Below the pieces are notes generated by a model. It was not told the origin of the DNA. It did no database searches and saw only the letters and a program-made list of their open reading frames with translations. From NCBI GenBank assembly GCA_910578975.1, contig CAJTRZ010000011.1, positions 8,252 through 72,251 of the forward strand: DNA of 64,000 nt. Reading direction: 5' to 3'. The position numbers were made by a program, and so were the translations under genes. How positions within the stretch are numbered: position 1 is the first letter of the stretch; each line of letters begins with the position of its first letter. Positions 56,027 to 64,000 of this stretch are shown in pieces. The DNA is from an uncultured Eubacterium sp. (GTDB taxonomy: Bacteria > Bacillota > Clostridia > Lachnospirales > Lachnospiraceae).

Positions 56027-57321
56027 CTCTCTACCTCCTGATTCGCGAGCATCACCGTAACAGAGTAAATGTTTTTCTCAATGTCAATATCTATCATTCC
56101 ATGATTCCGCATGACAGCATCTTTTATATTTTCTACTCCGAATCCATGATACTCTATATCTTTTTTCGTCGTTATGATTTTACTATGACGGAATTGCCCT
56201 TCGTCTTTGAATGTATTCTTTGTTATAATGATAATACTTTCTTTTGTATATCTACATTCCATAGAAATTCTTTTTTCTACAGACTTTTCTGCAGCCTCTA
56301 ATGCGTTGCTTAATAGATTAGAGAATATCGTACATAAATCATATGCTGAAATCTTACAGATTTTCGGAAACATTCCTTTTATCTCAATGTTAATGCCTTT
56401 TTGTGCGGCCTCAGAATAGTATTTATTCACAATCGCATCTACGATACCATTATTTACTGTAATAACATTTCCAAAACTGTCTATTTTAATATTGATATCT
56501 TTCATGTATTCATCAAAGTTCGAATACATATCATTCTTTGCCATACTAGACAAAACCTGCATATGACTTTTAATATCATGCCGAAACTTCTTTGTATCTT
56601 TTTCTCTCTGTTCCAAATATTTGTAATGCTTTATTTGTTCATTCAAATATTTCCCTGTCATTTCTTCTTTTTCCTTGTATGTATCTCTAGAAATAATTAA
56701 TAAAATAACAGCAGCTAACTGTATGAAAATTCCAATGATTGTAATTAAAAATAAACTTAAGAATAATACTTTGTGACTTCCTTTATAATCATCGACCAAT
56801 ATTGTTCCTAAACTCATAATAACAAAGGCATCTGCTGTAGCAAGAATTGTAAATAAAAATAATTTTAAAAATCCAATATTTTTAATTCCAATCTTATATT
56901 TTCTTTTATATATTTGACCTATCAATAACATGAAAAGCAATGAAACGGCTGAAGCCGTCAATTCTCCCACCCGTTCATTAGAATATTTTAACATATCAAA
57001 TAATACAGTTACCATTTCCGTGAACAACAAATCCAGCATTGACGTCAAAAATATTATCCAAATACCAGAAATAATTAATTCATATATTTTCTCATCATAA
57101 ATCAAGCAGATATATAAACATAATGCCATGAAAAAAGAAGCAAATGTAATCATGTCATTATTATAAATATGCAATAACAATGAGAAAATAAGCATTACAA
57201 CTGTAGAAACAACAGTTATATATTTTCTTTTTCTCTTTCGAAACATAAATATTAAATCACATAAAATAATAATTTTTAACAAATGCAATGCATCTGTTAA
57301 TACATACATAATCCGCTCCAT
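56023..57321 (-). CDS. AgrC-like (HPK10-type) membrane sensor histidine kinase
   Basis: About 6 N-terminal TM segments, H-box FRHDIKSH, N-box SNLLSNALEA, G-box HGFGVENI. Start MERIMYV with RBS GGAGGAA. Overlaps the regulator gene by 4 nt. Confidence 0.85.
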   Translation of the reverse strand: MERIMYVLTDALHLLKIIILCDLIFMFRKRKRKYITVVSTVVMLIFSLLLHIYNNDMITFASFFMALCLYICLIYDEKIYELIISGIWIIFLTSMLDLLFTEMVTVLFDMLKYSNERVGELTASAVSLLFMLLIGQIYKRKYKIGIKNIGFLKLFLFTILATADAFVIMSLGTILVDDYKGSHKVLFLSLFLITIIGIFIQLAAVILLIISRDTYKEKEEMTGKYLNEQIKHYKYLEQREKDTKKFRHDIKSHMQVLSSMAKNDMYSNFDEYMKDINIKIDSFGNVITVNNGIVDAIVNKYYSEAAQKGINIEIKGMFPKICKISAYDLCTIFSNLLSNALEAAEKSVEKRISMECRYTKESIIIITKNTFKDEGQFRHSKIITTKKDIEYHGFGVENIKDAVMRNHGMIDIDIEKNIYSVTVMLANQEVES

Positions 57322-57502
57322 AAAATTCCTCCGTAATCCCAACTATTAATATAATTATAACAAAAAATTGGGAAATACGGAAGAATTTAACATTTTACTT
57401 GCTTTATCGACAACTAAAACCAACGTCTCATAAAGTGCCAAAAACTATTAAACAACACATAATCCTTTCCGTATATACTTATGTATTGTCCGGACAAGGA
57501 TT

Positions 57503-57573
57503 AGCATAATTTATTTAATTTTTTTGTAAATACAATCTGCACGAACGATAGTGATTTCTGCGTAAACGATAGT
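57503..57573 (-). promoter_or_regulatory. LytTR-type operator plus putative -35/-10, copy 2 (upstream of the kinase operon)
   Basis: AACGATAGT at 57544-57552 and 57565-57573. The block 57535-57576 differs from 55199-55240 at 2 positions across the first 40 bp (through the second AACGATAGT box and the following A); the last 2 bp also differ. -35 TTTACA (57525-57530) and -10 TATGCT (57503-57508) on the minus strand, at the same offset as in copy 1. Confidence 0.6.
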
Positions 57574-57742
57574 AAATTTATTAAAAAAACACAACATTTA
57601 TATAAAATACAAACGTTGTGCTAATGTTATTTTTATTTAATAAAAACATACTCACTATCAGATGATTGTTCTAAACCATACTTATAATCTAACCTGTCAA
57701 ACTTCTCTAACCTCTCATAATTCTTCCCCTAGTTCTTTTTTA

Positions 57743-58789
57743 TTATAAACATTTTCGAAATGCAGTCGGCAATGGTACTGTGTTGTTCAACTCTTCTTTT
57801 GAAACCCATTTAAAAGAATCATTCATTTCTTTGCAGACAATATGGTAACAGTTCATTTGCCATTCCAAATGCGTAAAAATATGTTTTGTGTTTTTATGCT
57901 TCTCTATCTGAATTATTTCAATCCCCTGTTGTTCTAACCACTTACCAATCTCTTCTTCAGTCAACTTCCTATCTATATTAGGAAATTCCCATAAACCGGC
58001 TAAAAGCCCCTGTTCGCCTCTTTGCCTTACAGCAATTTTGTCTCCCGCCGATATAATAAGTACTGTTTTATTTATCTTTTTGCGCTGTGGTTTCATTTGT
58101 TTTACAGGATACTTGTGCCATGTATTATTTTTGTATGCACTACATCCACTCTTCAATGGGCACTCTTCACATTTTGGTTCTCCGTTTGGAACACAGACAG
58201 TAGCTCCTAGTTCCATTAAACTTTGTGTAAATTCACTGCAATAACCTATTGGGTAAATCTCTTCCAGCCTTTCACCAATCTGTTTCTTAAATTTTTCATT
58301 TTTAATATCTGCATTATTTTCTTCTAATCTGGTTATTACACGAAGCACATTTCCATCGACTGCGGAACAAGGCTGTCCAAATGCAATTGAACTGATAGCC
58401 CCTGCTGTATATTTTCCAATCCCCGGAAGTTTCAATATCTCCGAATACTCCCCAGGAAACTTTCCTCTGTACTGTTCACACATAACCTCTGCCGCTTTTT
58501 TTAGATTTCTTGCCCGAGAGTAATATCCTAATCCTTCCCACAATTTCATAACCTTTTCTTCTGGTGCCTCTGCCAGTGTTGCAATATTCGGGAAGTTCTC
58601 CATAAATCTCTGATAATAAGATATTACTGCCTCAACTCTGGTCTGCTGCAACATTATTTCTGAAACCCATACACGATATGGATCACTGTTTTCTCTCCAT
58701 GGAAGTACCCTTGCCTGCTCCTCGTACCATTGAAGCAATGGATCTACGATCCACTGTAGTGATTTTTTATCTTCCTTTATATTTAACAT
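57743..58789 (-). CDS. mutY: A/G-specific adenine DNA glycosylase
   Basis: LPWR..DPYRVWVSEIMLQQT, HhH-GPD (LPGIGKYTAGAI), 4Fe-4S Cys cluster (C..C..C..C) and a C-terminal NUDIX-like domain. The start is uncertain (58789 to 58894); 58789 avoids overlap with the upstream gene. Confidence 0.88.
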   Translation of the reverse strand: MLNIKEDKKSLQWIVDPLLQWYEEQARVLPWRENSDPYRVWVSEIMLQQTRVEAVISYYQRFMENFPNIATLAEAPEEKVMKLWEGLGYYSRARNLKKAAEVMCEQYRGKFPGEYSEILKLPGIGKYTAGAISSIAFGQPCSAVDGNVLRVITRLEENNADIKNEKFKKQIGERLEEIYPIGYCSEFTQSLMELGATVCVPNGEPKCEECPLKSGCSAYKNNTWHKYPVKQMKPQRKKINKTVLIISAGDKIAVRQRGEQGLLAGLWEFPNIDRKLTEEEIGKWLEQQGIEIIQIEKHKNTKHIFTHLEWQMNCYHIVCKEMNDSFKWVSKEELNNTVPLPTAFRKCL

Positions 58790-58796
58790 ATCTTTA

Positions 58797-59417
58797 TCAT
58801 TCATATCTTTTTTCATACTTTCTCTTTGCTTCTTCCGTATATTTTTTAATAAATTCTGTTTTTGCATTTGTATAACCATCTCGATTATGCTCATACTTCT
58901 TCCATAGCTTCAATTTCAACTCTTCATACTGTCTTGCTACATCGTAATATTCTTTTAAATAATCTCTAAAATATAATTCATCATTATCTCCTGCATATCT
59001 CAAATGTAGATGAAACACTCTCTCTGCAAAACCATTTTCAGTATAACCTTTATTAAAAGACATTCTATTCGTAGTCTGACTCATACAAATATAGTCATTA
59101 CAAACTAATTGTTTCTTTATTTCTTCCATATCGTATACTTCCGGTATTTCCACCAAAATATCAATAATAGGTTTTGCCCAAATTGTATCAACAGCAGTAC
59201 TTCCAATATGGCTGATTTTGTACGTTATATCTGATTTTAATATCTTTTCTATATTGTCTTTCTCATCACAAAACCATTTTTTCCAGTAGACCTGATGCTC
59301 TGTAAGAGATATTGGAAAAAGTTCCCACAGTTCCTTCATACTCATTTCTGATAAACCTTTTCTTTTCTCAGAACAAACTCTCTTCTCCATTTCATCATAT
59401 TTTTTTATGTATCCCAC
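58797..59417 (-). CDS. GrpB/UPF0157 family protein
   Basis: ISHIGSTAV..AKPIIDILV and HLHL motifs. The track start is a GTG; the ATG at 59345 (MSMKEL) is more plausible. Confidence 0.75.
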   Translation of the reverse strand: MGYIKKYDEMEKRVCSEKRKGLSEMSMKELWELFPISLTEHQVYWKKWFCDEKDNIEKILKSDITYKISHIGSTAVDTIWAKPIIDILVEIPEVYDMEEIKKQLVCNDYICMSQTTNRMSFNKGYTENGFAERVFHLHLRYAGDNDELYFRDYLKEYYDVARQYEELKLKLWKKYEHNRDGYTNAKTEFIKKYTEEAKRKYEKRYE

Positions 59418-59419
59418 TC

Positions 59420-59782
59420 TTATTCCCCCAAAATTTCACGTTGTTTTTTCTTGCTAAATCCAACCAGAATCAACTCATAGGATTCATCTAATAAATGTTT
59501 CATCAAATCATCCGGTACTACACCATCCGGATTTATAGAATTCCAATGAACTTTATTTGAGTAATATCCCGGAATGATATCCTCATACTGTTCACGCAGG
59601 TAAATACTTTCCTGCGGGTCTGTCTTTACGTTAATATAATATGGTTTATCTTCATCGTCGAGACAAATTGCTACAAACATCTTATCTTCAATACAGTATC
59701 TTATCCAGTTCCAATCTGCCTGAAGATTTTTTGTAACCCCTTTTTTCTCTAATAAATAATCATCTATCCAATTGTATTTCAT
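59420..59782 (-). CDS. MmcQ/YjbR family DNA-binding protein
   Basis: 120 aa. The pattern of N-terminal WIDDYLLEKKGV and C-terminal KHLLDESYE recalls the YjbR family. Confidence 0.7.
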   Translation of the reverse strand: MKYNWIDDYLLEKKGVTKNLQADWNWIRYCIEDKMFVAICLDDEDKPYYINVKTDPQESIYLREQYEDIIPGYYSNKVHWNSINPDGVVPDDLMKHLLDESYELILVGFSKKKQREILGE

Positions 59783-59877
59783 AAATTCATCTCCTTTTCA
59801 TATATTACTTATCATATGCCATTGAAAATTTACCCCCTATCATATCTTTTACCACTAACATCGCTTTAATATTGTCT

Positions 59878-60360
59878 CTAATCCAAAGTTCTTATAACCT
59901 TCCATGCTTCAATTAACCTTTCTAAGTTCCATGCCGCATTTGCCGGACTGGTAGACGGCAGGCATATTGCTTCTATATTTGTTTGTTGTTTTGTATACTT
60001 GTTATACAGCGAAAACGCTTTCTTCCCATTTACAAAGATATGTTTTATATCTGCTGTGTTAAGTATTTCCATCAAATCATTTACTATTACATCTTTGATA
60101 CTGCTGTCTGAGGAACCTGTAATCTCACAGGAATGAATTACATCCCATACTGCAATTTTATTTCTCAATAAAAATTTCTTCTTCTCCTGAATTGTATGTG
60201 GTGTACTCTCATTAAATACTGCTGATGTTACTTTCCAGAATCTATTTTGGGGGTGTCCATAAAAAAAGCCTTCTTCTCTTGATTTCACGGATGGAAAGCT
60301 TCCAAGAATCAGAATCTCAGATTTTTTATTATATATTGGTTCTATTGGATGTATTATCAT
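59878..60360 (-). CDS. Uracil-DNA glycosylase superfamily protein, hypoxanthine (deoxyinosine) DNA glycosylase-like
   Basis: ILILGSFPS...FYGHPQNRFW and PSTSPAN motifs. Confidence 0.75.
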   Translation of the reverse strand: MIIHPIEPIYNKKSEILILGSFPSVKSREEGFFYGHPQNRFWKVTSAVFNESTPHTIQEKKKFLLRNKIAVWDVIHSCEITGSSDSSIKDVIVNDLMEILNTADIKHIFVNGKKAFSLYNKYTKQQTNIEAICLPSTSPANAAWNLERLIEAWKVIRTLD

Positions 60361-60390
60361 AATGTTTCCTTTCTATTATCATTTAATTTT

Positions 60391-60711
60391 TTAATCTATC
60401 CATGGTGTTTCCCATTGGAATTCTGACATTATAACATGTCCGTCCTCAAAACATACACCTTCTGCCTTGAGTAATTCTATCTGTCTGTTTCCACCACCAA
60501 AGGCAAATGCCTCTGATACATTTCCCTCTTTGGTAACAACTCTATAACATGGTATGCCATCCGGATCGGGATTTACATGAAGTGCATATCCAACCACTCT
60601 TGCCCATCTTTTGTTTCCTGCAAGTACTGCAACTTGTCCATACGTTGCAACCCTTCCTTTAGGAATTTGTTTTACAACATCATAAATTCTCTCAAAAGTA
60701 TTCTTTTCCAT
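60391..60711 (-). CDS. MGMT-family (methylated-DNA--protein-cysteine methyltransferase DNA-binding domain) protein
   Basis: IPKGRVATYGQVA and IPCYRVV (a PCHR-type motif with Tyr in place of His). 106 aa, no N-terminal domain. Confidence 0.8.
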   Translation of the reverse strand: MEKNTFERIYDVVKQIPKGRVATYGQVAVLAGNKRWARVVGYALHVNPDPDGIPCYRVVTKEGNVSEAFAFGGGNRQIELLKAEGVCFEDGHVIMSEFQWETPWID

Positions 60712-60753
60712 TGGTGTTTACTCCTTAAAATGTGTCTATCTTTATTCTACCAC

Positions 60754-60800
60754 AACAAAAAAGGTAATGAAACATAAACCTCCAGTTGCTTCATTACCTT
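60754..60800 (-). terminator. Terminator after the thioredoxin-domain gene
   Basis: 11-bp stem aaggtaatgaa / ttcattacctt, followed on the minus strand by TTTTTTG. Confidence 0.7.
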
Positions 60801-60838
60801 AAAAATCCGTTAATCATATTTTATTATCTACTATTAGA

Positions 60839-62797
60839 TTATTCCATGAATGACATAAATTTATTGTCCAATTCATTTACCGGTGGCTGACAAGTACGCC
60901 CACGACAAATATAGAACGTCGTTTTATCATTTTTCAGCGGATATTCTTTTGTCGGATCTTTCACAACATATACCACACTATTCAGAGGAATTCTCCATGA
61001 CAAATTGACTAAATCCTGTCTATCTTTTACTACAATCGTTATCTTCTCCTGTGGCTCAATGTAATCTGATAAAGCTATAAGAAACATTGCATATCCCGTA
61101 GGATAATGTTCAGCCTCAGCACTCATAAACTTAATCTGGCATTCTGCCAATTCACCATACTTTTTCTCACCTGTGATAAGATATAATCGTACAAGATTAT
61201 ATGCCATTGCCGAATTTCCACTAAAGACGGCACCATCGTATGTTTCCTTTGGACGCAAAATCAGTTGTTCATTTTCTGTTCCATAGAGAAAAAAGCCACC
61301 TCGCTCATTATCATAAAAGTCAGAAATTACCTTATTACAGAATCGCCTTGCTTTTTCAAGATAAATGCTCTCCAAAGTTGCTTCATATAAAGTCAACAAT
61401 GCAAAAATCTCATTTGCATAGTCATCTAATAAACCTTTTCCATTATGCTGTCCCTCTCGCCAGCTGATATATAATGTATTTCCTTCACATAAATTCTTTT
61501 GAATAAATTCCTGTGCTTTTACTGCCACATTCAGATAAATTTCCTTTCTACTGACACGATACAAATGGCACATTGCTGCAATCATAAGTGTATTCCATGA
61601 TGTCAATATTTTATCGTCTAAGTGCAGTGAATATCGTTTTTTGCGATATTCATAAACTTCGGGCAGAAAAGCATCAAATTCTTTTCCTACAAATTCACTT
61701 TTTAAAAGATTTGGAATATTTTTTTCCTCAAAATTTCCTCTATCAGTAATGTCAAAATATTGATTAAACTCTTTTCCCTTCTTTTCTCCAAGAAGTCCCA
61801 TGATTTCATCCGGCTCCAACAGATAGTATTTCCCCTCTACTCCTTCGCTATCTGCATCTTGTGCACTATAAAATCCCCCCTCAGGAGAAGTCATCTCACG
61901 CAATATATATGCAGCAGTCTTTTCTGCAACATCACAATAGATTTGCTTTTGAGTAATTTGGTATGCCCTGCAATATGCAAGAATCAAGAGCGCATTATCA
62001 TACAACATTTTTTCAAAATGCGGCACCAGAAAATAGCGGTCCGTAGAATACCTGCTAAAACCACCACCAATATGATCAAACATTCCTCCCCTATACATTT
62101 GCAGCAATGTCTTTTCCACCATCTTCAACGCATCTTCATTTTCATTCTTTTCATAGTACTGCATTAAAAACAACAGATTATGAGGTGCAGGAAATTTGGG
62201 GGCTTCTCCAAATCCTCCAAATTTATAATCAAATATACTTTTGTAAATCTCAAAAGCAGAATCCATAAGCTGCATATTCATGCTATCTCCAACTTTTGTT
62301 TTCTGATTTAAAAACGTAATGATTTCATTTGCGGATTCCGACAACTTTTCTCGATCTGCTTTCCATTGTTCATAAACAGCCAAAAGCAGTTCTTTTAATC
62401 CTATTTGTCCATATCTGGCTGTTTTCGGAAAATAAGTTCCGGCAAAAAAAGGCTTCTGTTCCGGTGTCATAATAATCGTTGTAGGCCAGCCTCCACTTCC
62501 TGTAAACGCCTGACATACTGACATATATATACTGTCAATGTCCGGACGTTCCTCCTTGTCTACCTTAATTGCTATATAATATTGATTTAAAATCTCTGCA
62601 ATTTCTTTATCTTCGAAACTCTCATGAGCCATCACATGGCACCAATGGCATGTACTATAGCCAATACTCAAAAATACAGGCTTGTCCTCTGCCCTTGCAC
62701 GCTCAAAAGCTTCTTCACACCATGGATACCAGTTTACCGGATTATCTGCGTGTTGTAATAAATATGGACTTGTTTGATTTTTTAAATAATTTTTCAT
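60839..62797 (-). CDS. Thioredoxin-domain (DUF255) protein fused to an alpha/alpha-toroid domain (YyaL/SSP411-like)
   Basis: [26 protein letters not shown] (CxxC), followed by a long six-hairpin-like region. Start MKNYLKN with RBS GAGGGG. Confidence 0.85.
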   Translation of the reverse strand: MKNYLKNQTSPYLLQHADNPVNWYPWCEEAFERARAEDKPVFLSIGYSTCHWCHVMAHESFEDKEIAEILNQYYIAIKVDKEERPDIDSIYMSVCQAFTGSGGWPTTIIMTPEQKPFFAGTYFPKTARYGQIGLKELLLAVYEQWKADREKLSESANEIITFLNQKTKVGDSMNMQLMDSAFEIYKSIFDYKFGGFGEAPKFPAPHNLLFLMQYYEKNENEDALKMVEKTLLQMYRGGMFDHIGGGFSRYSTDRYFLVPHFEKMLYDNALLILAYCRAYQITQKQIYCDVAEKTAAYILREMTSPEGGFYSAQDADSEGVEGKYYLLEPDEIMGLLGEKKGKEFNQYFDITDRGNFEEKNIPNLLKSEFVGKEFDAFLPEVYEYRKKRYSLHLDDKILTSWNTLMIAAMCHLYRVSRKEIYLNVAVKAQEFIQKNLCEGNTLYISWREGQHNGKGLLDDYANEIFALLTLYEATLESIYLEKARRFCNKVISDFYDNERGGFFLYGTENEQLILRPKETYDGAVFSGNSAMAYNLVRLYLITGEKKYGELAECQIKFMSAEAEHYPTGYAMFLIALSDYIEPQEKITIVVKDRQDLVNLSWRIPLNSVVYVVKDPTKEYPLKNDKTTFYICRGRTCQPPVNELDNKFMSFME

Positions 62798-62907
62798 ACT
62801 TCCCCTCATCGACATCTGCTTCGCAGATGAATTTTACTCATATATACGTGTTCTGTTCATAAAAATATTAATATAAATTATTATGCTATGTTTTTTACAG
62901 ATTATAA

Positions 62908-62936
62908 AAGAAAAAAGAGTTCACTTGCGAACTCTC
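62908..62936 (-). terminator. Terminator-like hairpin downstream of XRE copy B
   Basis: Stem agagttc / gaactct, followed on the minus strand by a T-run. Confidence 0.5.
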
Positions 62937-63109
62937 TCTCGAGGCGCAGGATTGTAAGAACAAATGTATTTCCACGCCTCTGCGCTCCATAACAGAACGT
63001 TTTTATTATATAGGAAATTCAGAAGGATTTTCTATATAATAAAAAATACCAGTGTGAAACTTCACAATCGGTATTATAATATTTTCAATAAATTATCCTT
63101 ATATATAAA

Positions 63110-63340
63110 TTAATCTTCCTCACAATATTCAAAACATTCATCCTGAAAGAAATCCATCAGACTCATTTCAAATCCATTGCAGATTTTATTCAATGTAGAA
63201 ACGGTAGGATTTGTTCCATTTATAATATTCATTAATGTTGATTTTGGAATAGCAGAACGATATGCCAGGGCATAGTAAGACATTCTTTTTTCGAAACATA
63301 AATCATTAATTCTTTTAATAACTGCTTCGCTAGAATTCAT
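63110..63340 (-). CDS. Small XRE-family HTH transcriptional regulator (copy B)
   Basis: 76 aa, differing from copy A at about 9 positions and the same length. Confidence 0.85.
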   Translation of the reverse strand: MNSSEAVIKRINDLCFEKRMSYYALAYRSAIPKSTLMNIINGTNPTVSTLNKICNGFEMSLMDFFQDECFEYCEED

Positions 63341-63351
63341 TATACCCCTCC

Positions 63352-63413
63352 CATATATAGTCCTAACATAATTTTACTAACAAATTTCAGCATTTAGGGC
63401 TATATATAGTACT
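63352..63413 (-). promoter_or_regulatory. Pair of 13-bp direct repeats (CATATATAGTCCT / TATATATAGTACT) upstream of XRE copy B; candidate operator
   Basis: Same 49-bp spacing and position relative to the start codon as in copy A. Confidence 0.45.
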
Positions 63414-63462
63414 TATTGGGCTATTATTTACAAAAAAATAAATTTATTACACACCCCCCTTT

Positions 63463-63924
63463 TTATTGTTCTGCCAAACACAAATTAATCTTCTCAATAT
63501 TTTTCTTAGTAATACGATATCCTACAATAGACATAATGATATAAGTAACAACGAAACCGCATATTGTTCCAATCAACGCCTGCGGATACTTATGAAGCTG
63601 CCAGACTAAAGTAACAATCGGCACCCACACCATACTTGTTACAATGAAATACAAAATATTTTGCACAATAAACCCCAGCCTGTCTTTCTCATATATAATC
63701 GCTGCTAGCGAAAAAGCTACACCGATAATTCCATACAACAAAATATTAACCTCTACAGCAATGCTTTCCGACGGAAATAAAGCAACAAACTCTGGTGATA
63801 AAGGAAGAAAATCTTTACTACCTGTTACCGTTCGTACTACAAACTCAATCAAAAAATTCGTTATGTTTCCACATACAGCAGAAACCGCAAAACTAAAGAT
63901 ACATCTATATAAAATCTCTTTCAT
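63463..63924 (-). CDS. DUF3021 family membrane protein
   Basis: 153 aa, 4 TM segments. The N-terminus MKEILYRCIFSFAVSAV resembles DUF3021 proteins, which usually follow a LytTR-type DNA-binding gene. RBS GGAG upstream. Confidence 0.7.
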   Translation of the reverse strand: MKEILYRCIFSFAVSAVCGNITNFLIEFVVRTVTGSKDFLPLSPEFVALFPSESIAVEVNILLYGIIGVAFSLAAIIYEKDRLGFIVQNILYFIVTSMVWVPIVTLVWQLHKYPQALIGTICGFVVTYIIMSIVGYRITKKNIEKINLCLAEQ

Positions 63925-64000
63925 CTCTTTTCTCCTCTCTGACCAATTCCCAGTACCTCCTTTAACTTACTTACATTTCTTCTAGATGTATAGGTCTCTG

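Noticed and set aside
57428-57460. Mini-ORF MCCLIVFGTL (and the 19-codon MLILVRTIHKYIRKGLCVV at 57448..57507) in the kinase operon leader, as an autoinducing-peptide precursor
   Set aside because: The SD-like GGAAAGGA is only 2-3 nt from the ATG of the first ORF, and the second has none. There is no AgrB-like or C39-peptidase transporter gene nearby, and the peptides are far shorter than known AgrD/ComC precursors. They remain possible but are unsupported.
62940-63000. Locally GC-richer stretch with alternative short stems (gaggcg/cgcctc, gcgcag/ctgcgc) as a riboswitch or small RNA
   Set aside because: The stems are only 6 bp with a large loop, and I recognise no known riboswitch core. I cannot distinguish it from chance structure without comparative data.
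28228-63445. The two direct XRE-module repeats as boundaries (att-like) of a 35-kb genomic island
   Set aside because: The interval contains no integrase, recombinase, transposase or conjugation genes, and it includes typical core functions (xth, mutY, HAD/Nudix housekeeping). Composition looks uniform by eye. The repeats are better explained as paralogous regulator genes.
1-64000. Prophage, ICE, transposon, CRISPR-Cas or restriction-modification content
   Set aside because: Going through all ORFs longer than 60 aa on both strands, I found no integrase, transposase, capsid/terminase, cas, methylase/endonuclease pair or conjugation genes.

Overview
Gene-dense, AT-rich chromosomal segment with strong Shine-Dalgarno sites and many hairpin-plus-T-run terminators. 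About 57 of 64 genes are on the minus strand. The protein content looks like a low-GC Firmicute, probably Clostridia or Lachnospiraceae-like; this is an impression from the protein families, not a database hit. I found no rRNA, tRNA, CRISPR array, transposase, integrase or prophage genes.

Housekeeping content: a GyrB/ParE fragment, trpS, luxS, pheA, a folC-folE-folP-folB/K operon, gltX, xth, mutY with other base-repair genes, and two ABC-F ATPases. Accessory content: a secreted glycanase locus (GH26-like, a multidomain GH16, DUF3737, a GlgX-like protein), a 1529-aa exoprotein with an adjacent SecB-like gene, a TetR / heptad-repeat lipoprotein / MMPL cluster with a decayed MMPL remnant, a resistance-like block (ANT-like, VOC, Lsa-like ABC-F), and an AgrC-like kinase / LytTR regulator operon.

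Most notable observations:
1. A 40-bp LytTR-type operator module occurs twice. One copy sits in front of the kinase/regulator operon. The other sits in front of a short transcript of about 125 nt with almost no coding capacity, ending in tandem terminators (an RNAIII-like layout). The regulator gene itself is frameshifted.
2. The GlgX-like GH13 protein has all three catalytic residues substituted.
3. A DUF3990 protein with PARP-like HGS / GFY / E-x-IV motifs overlaps an XRE-HTH partner gene.
4. A SecB-like chaperone gene lies directly downstream of the giant exoprotein gene.
5. Two exoproteins share a very lysine-rich FN3-like C-terminal module.
6. An 11-mer recurs four times at exactly 74-bp spacing in a 540-bp AT-rich spacer.
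7. A small XRE regulator module is duplicated about 35 kb apart.

All family assignments come from motif recognition by eye and memory. No searches were run.
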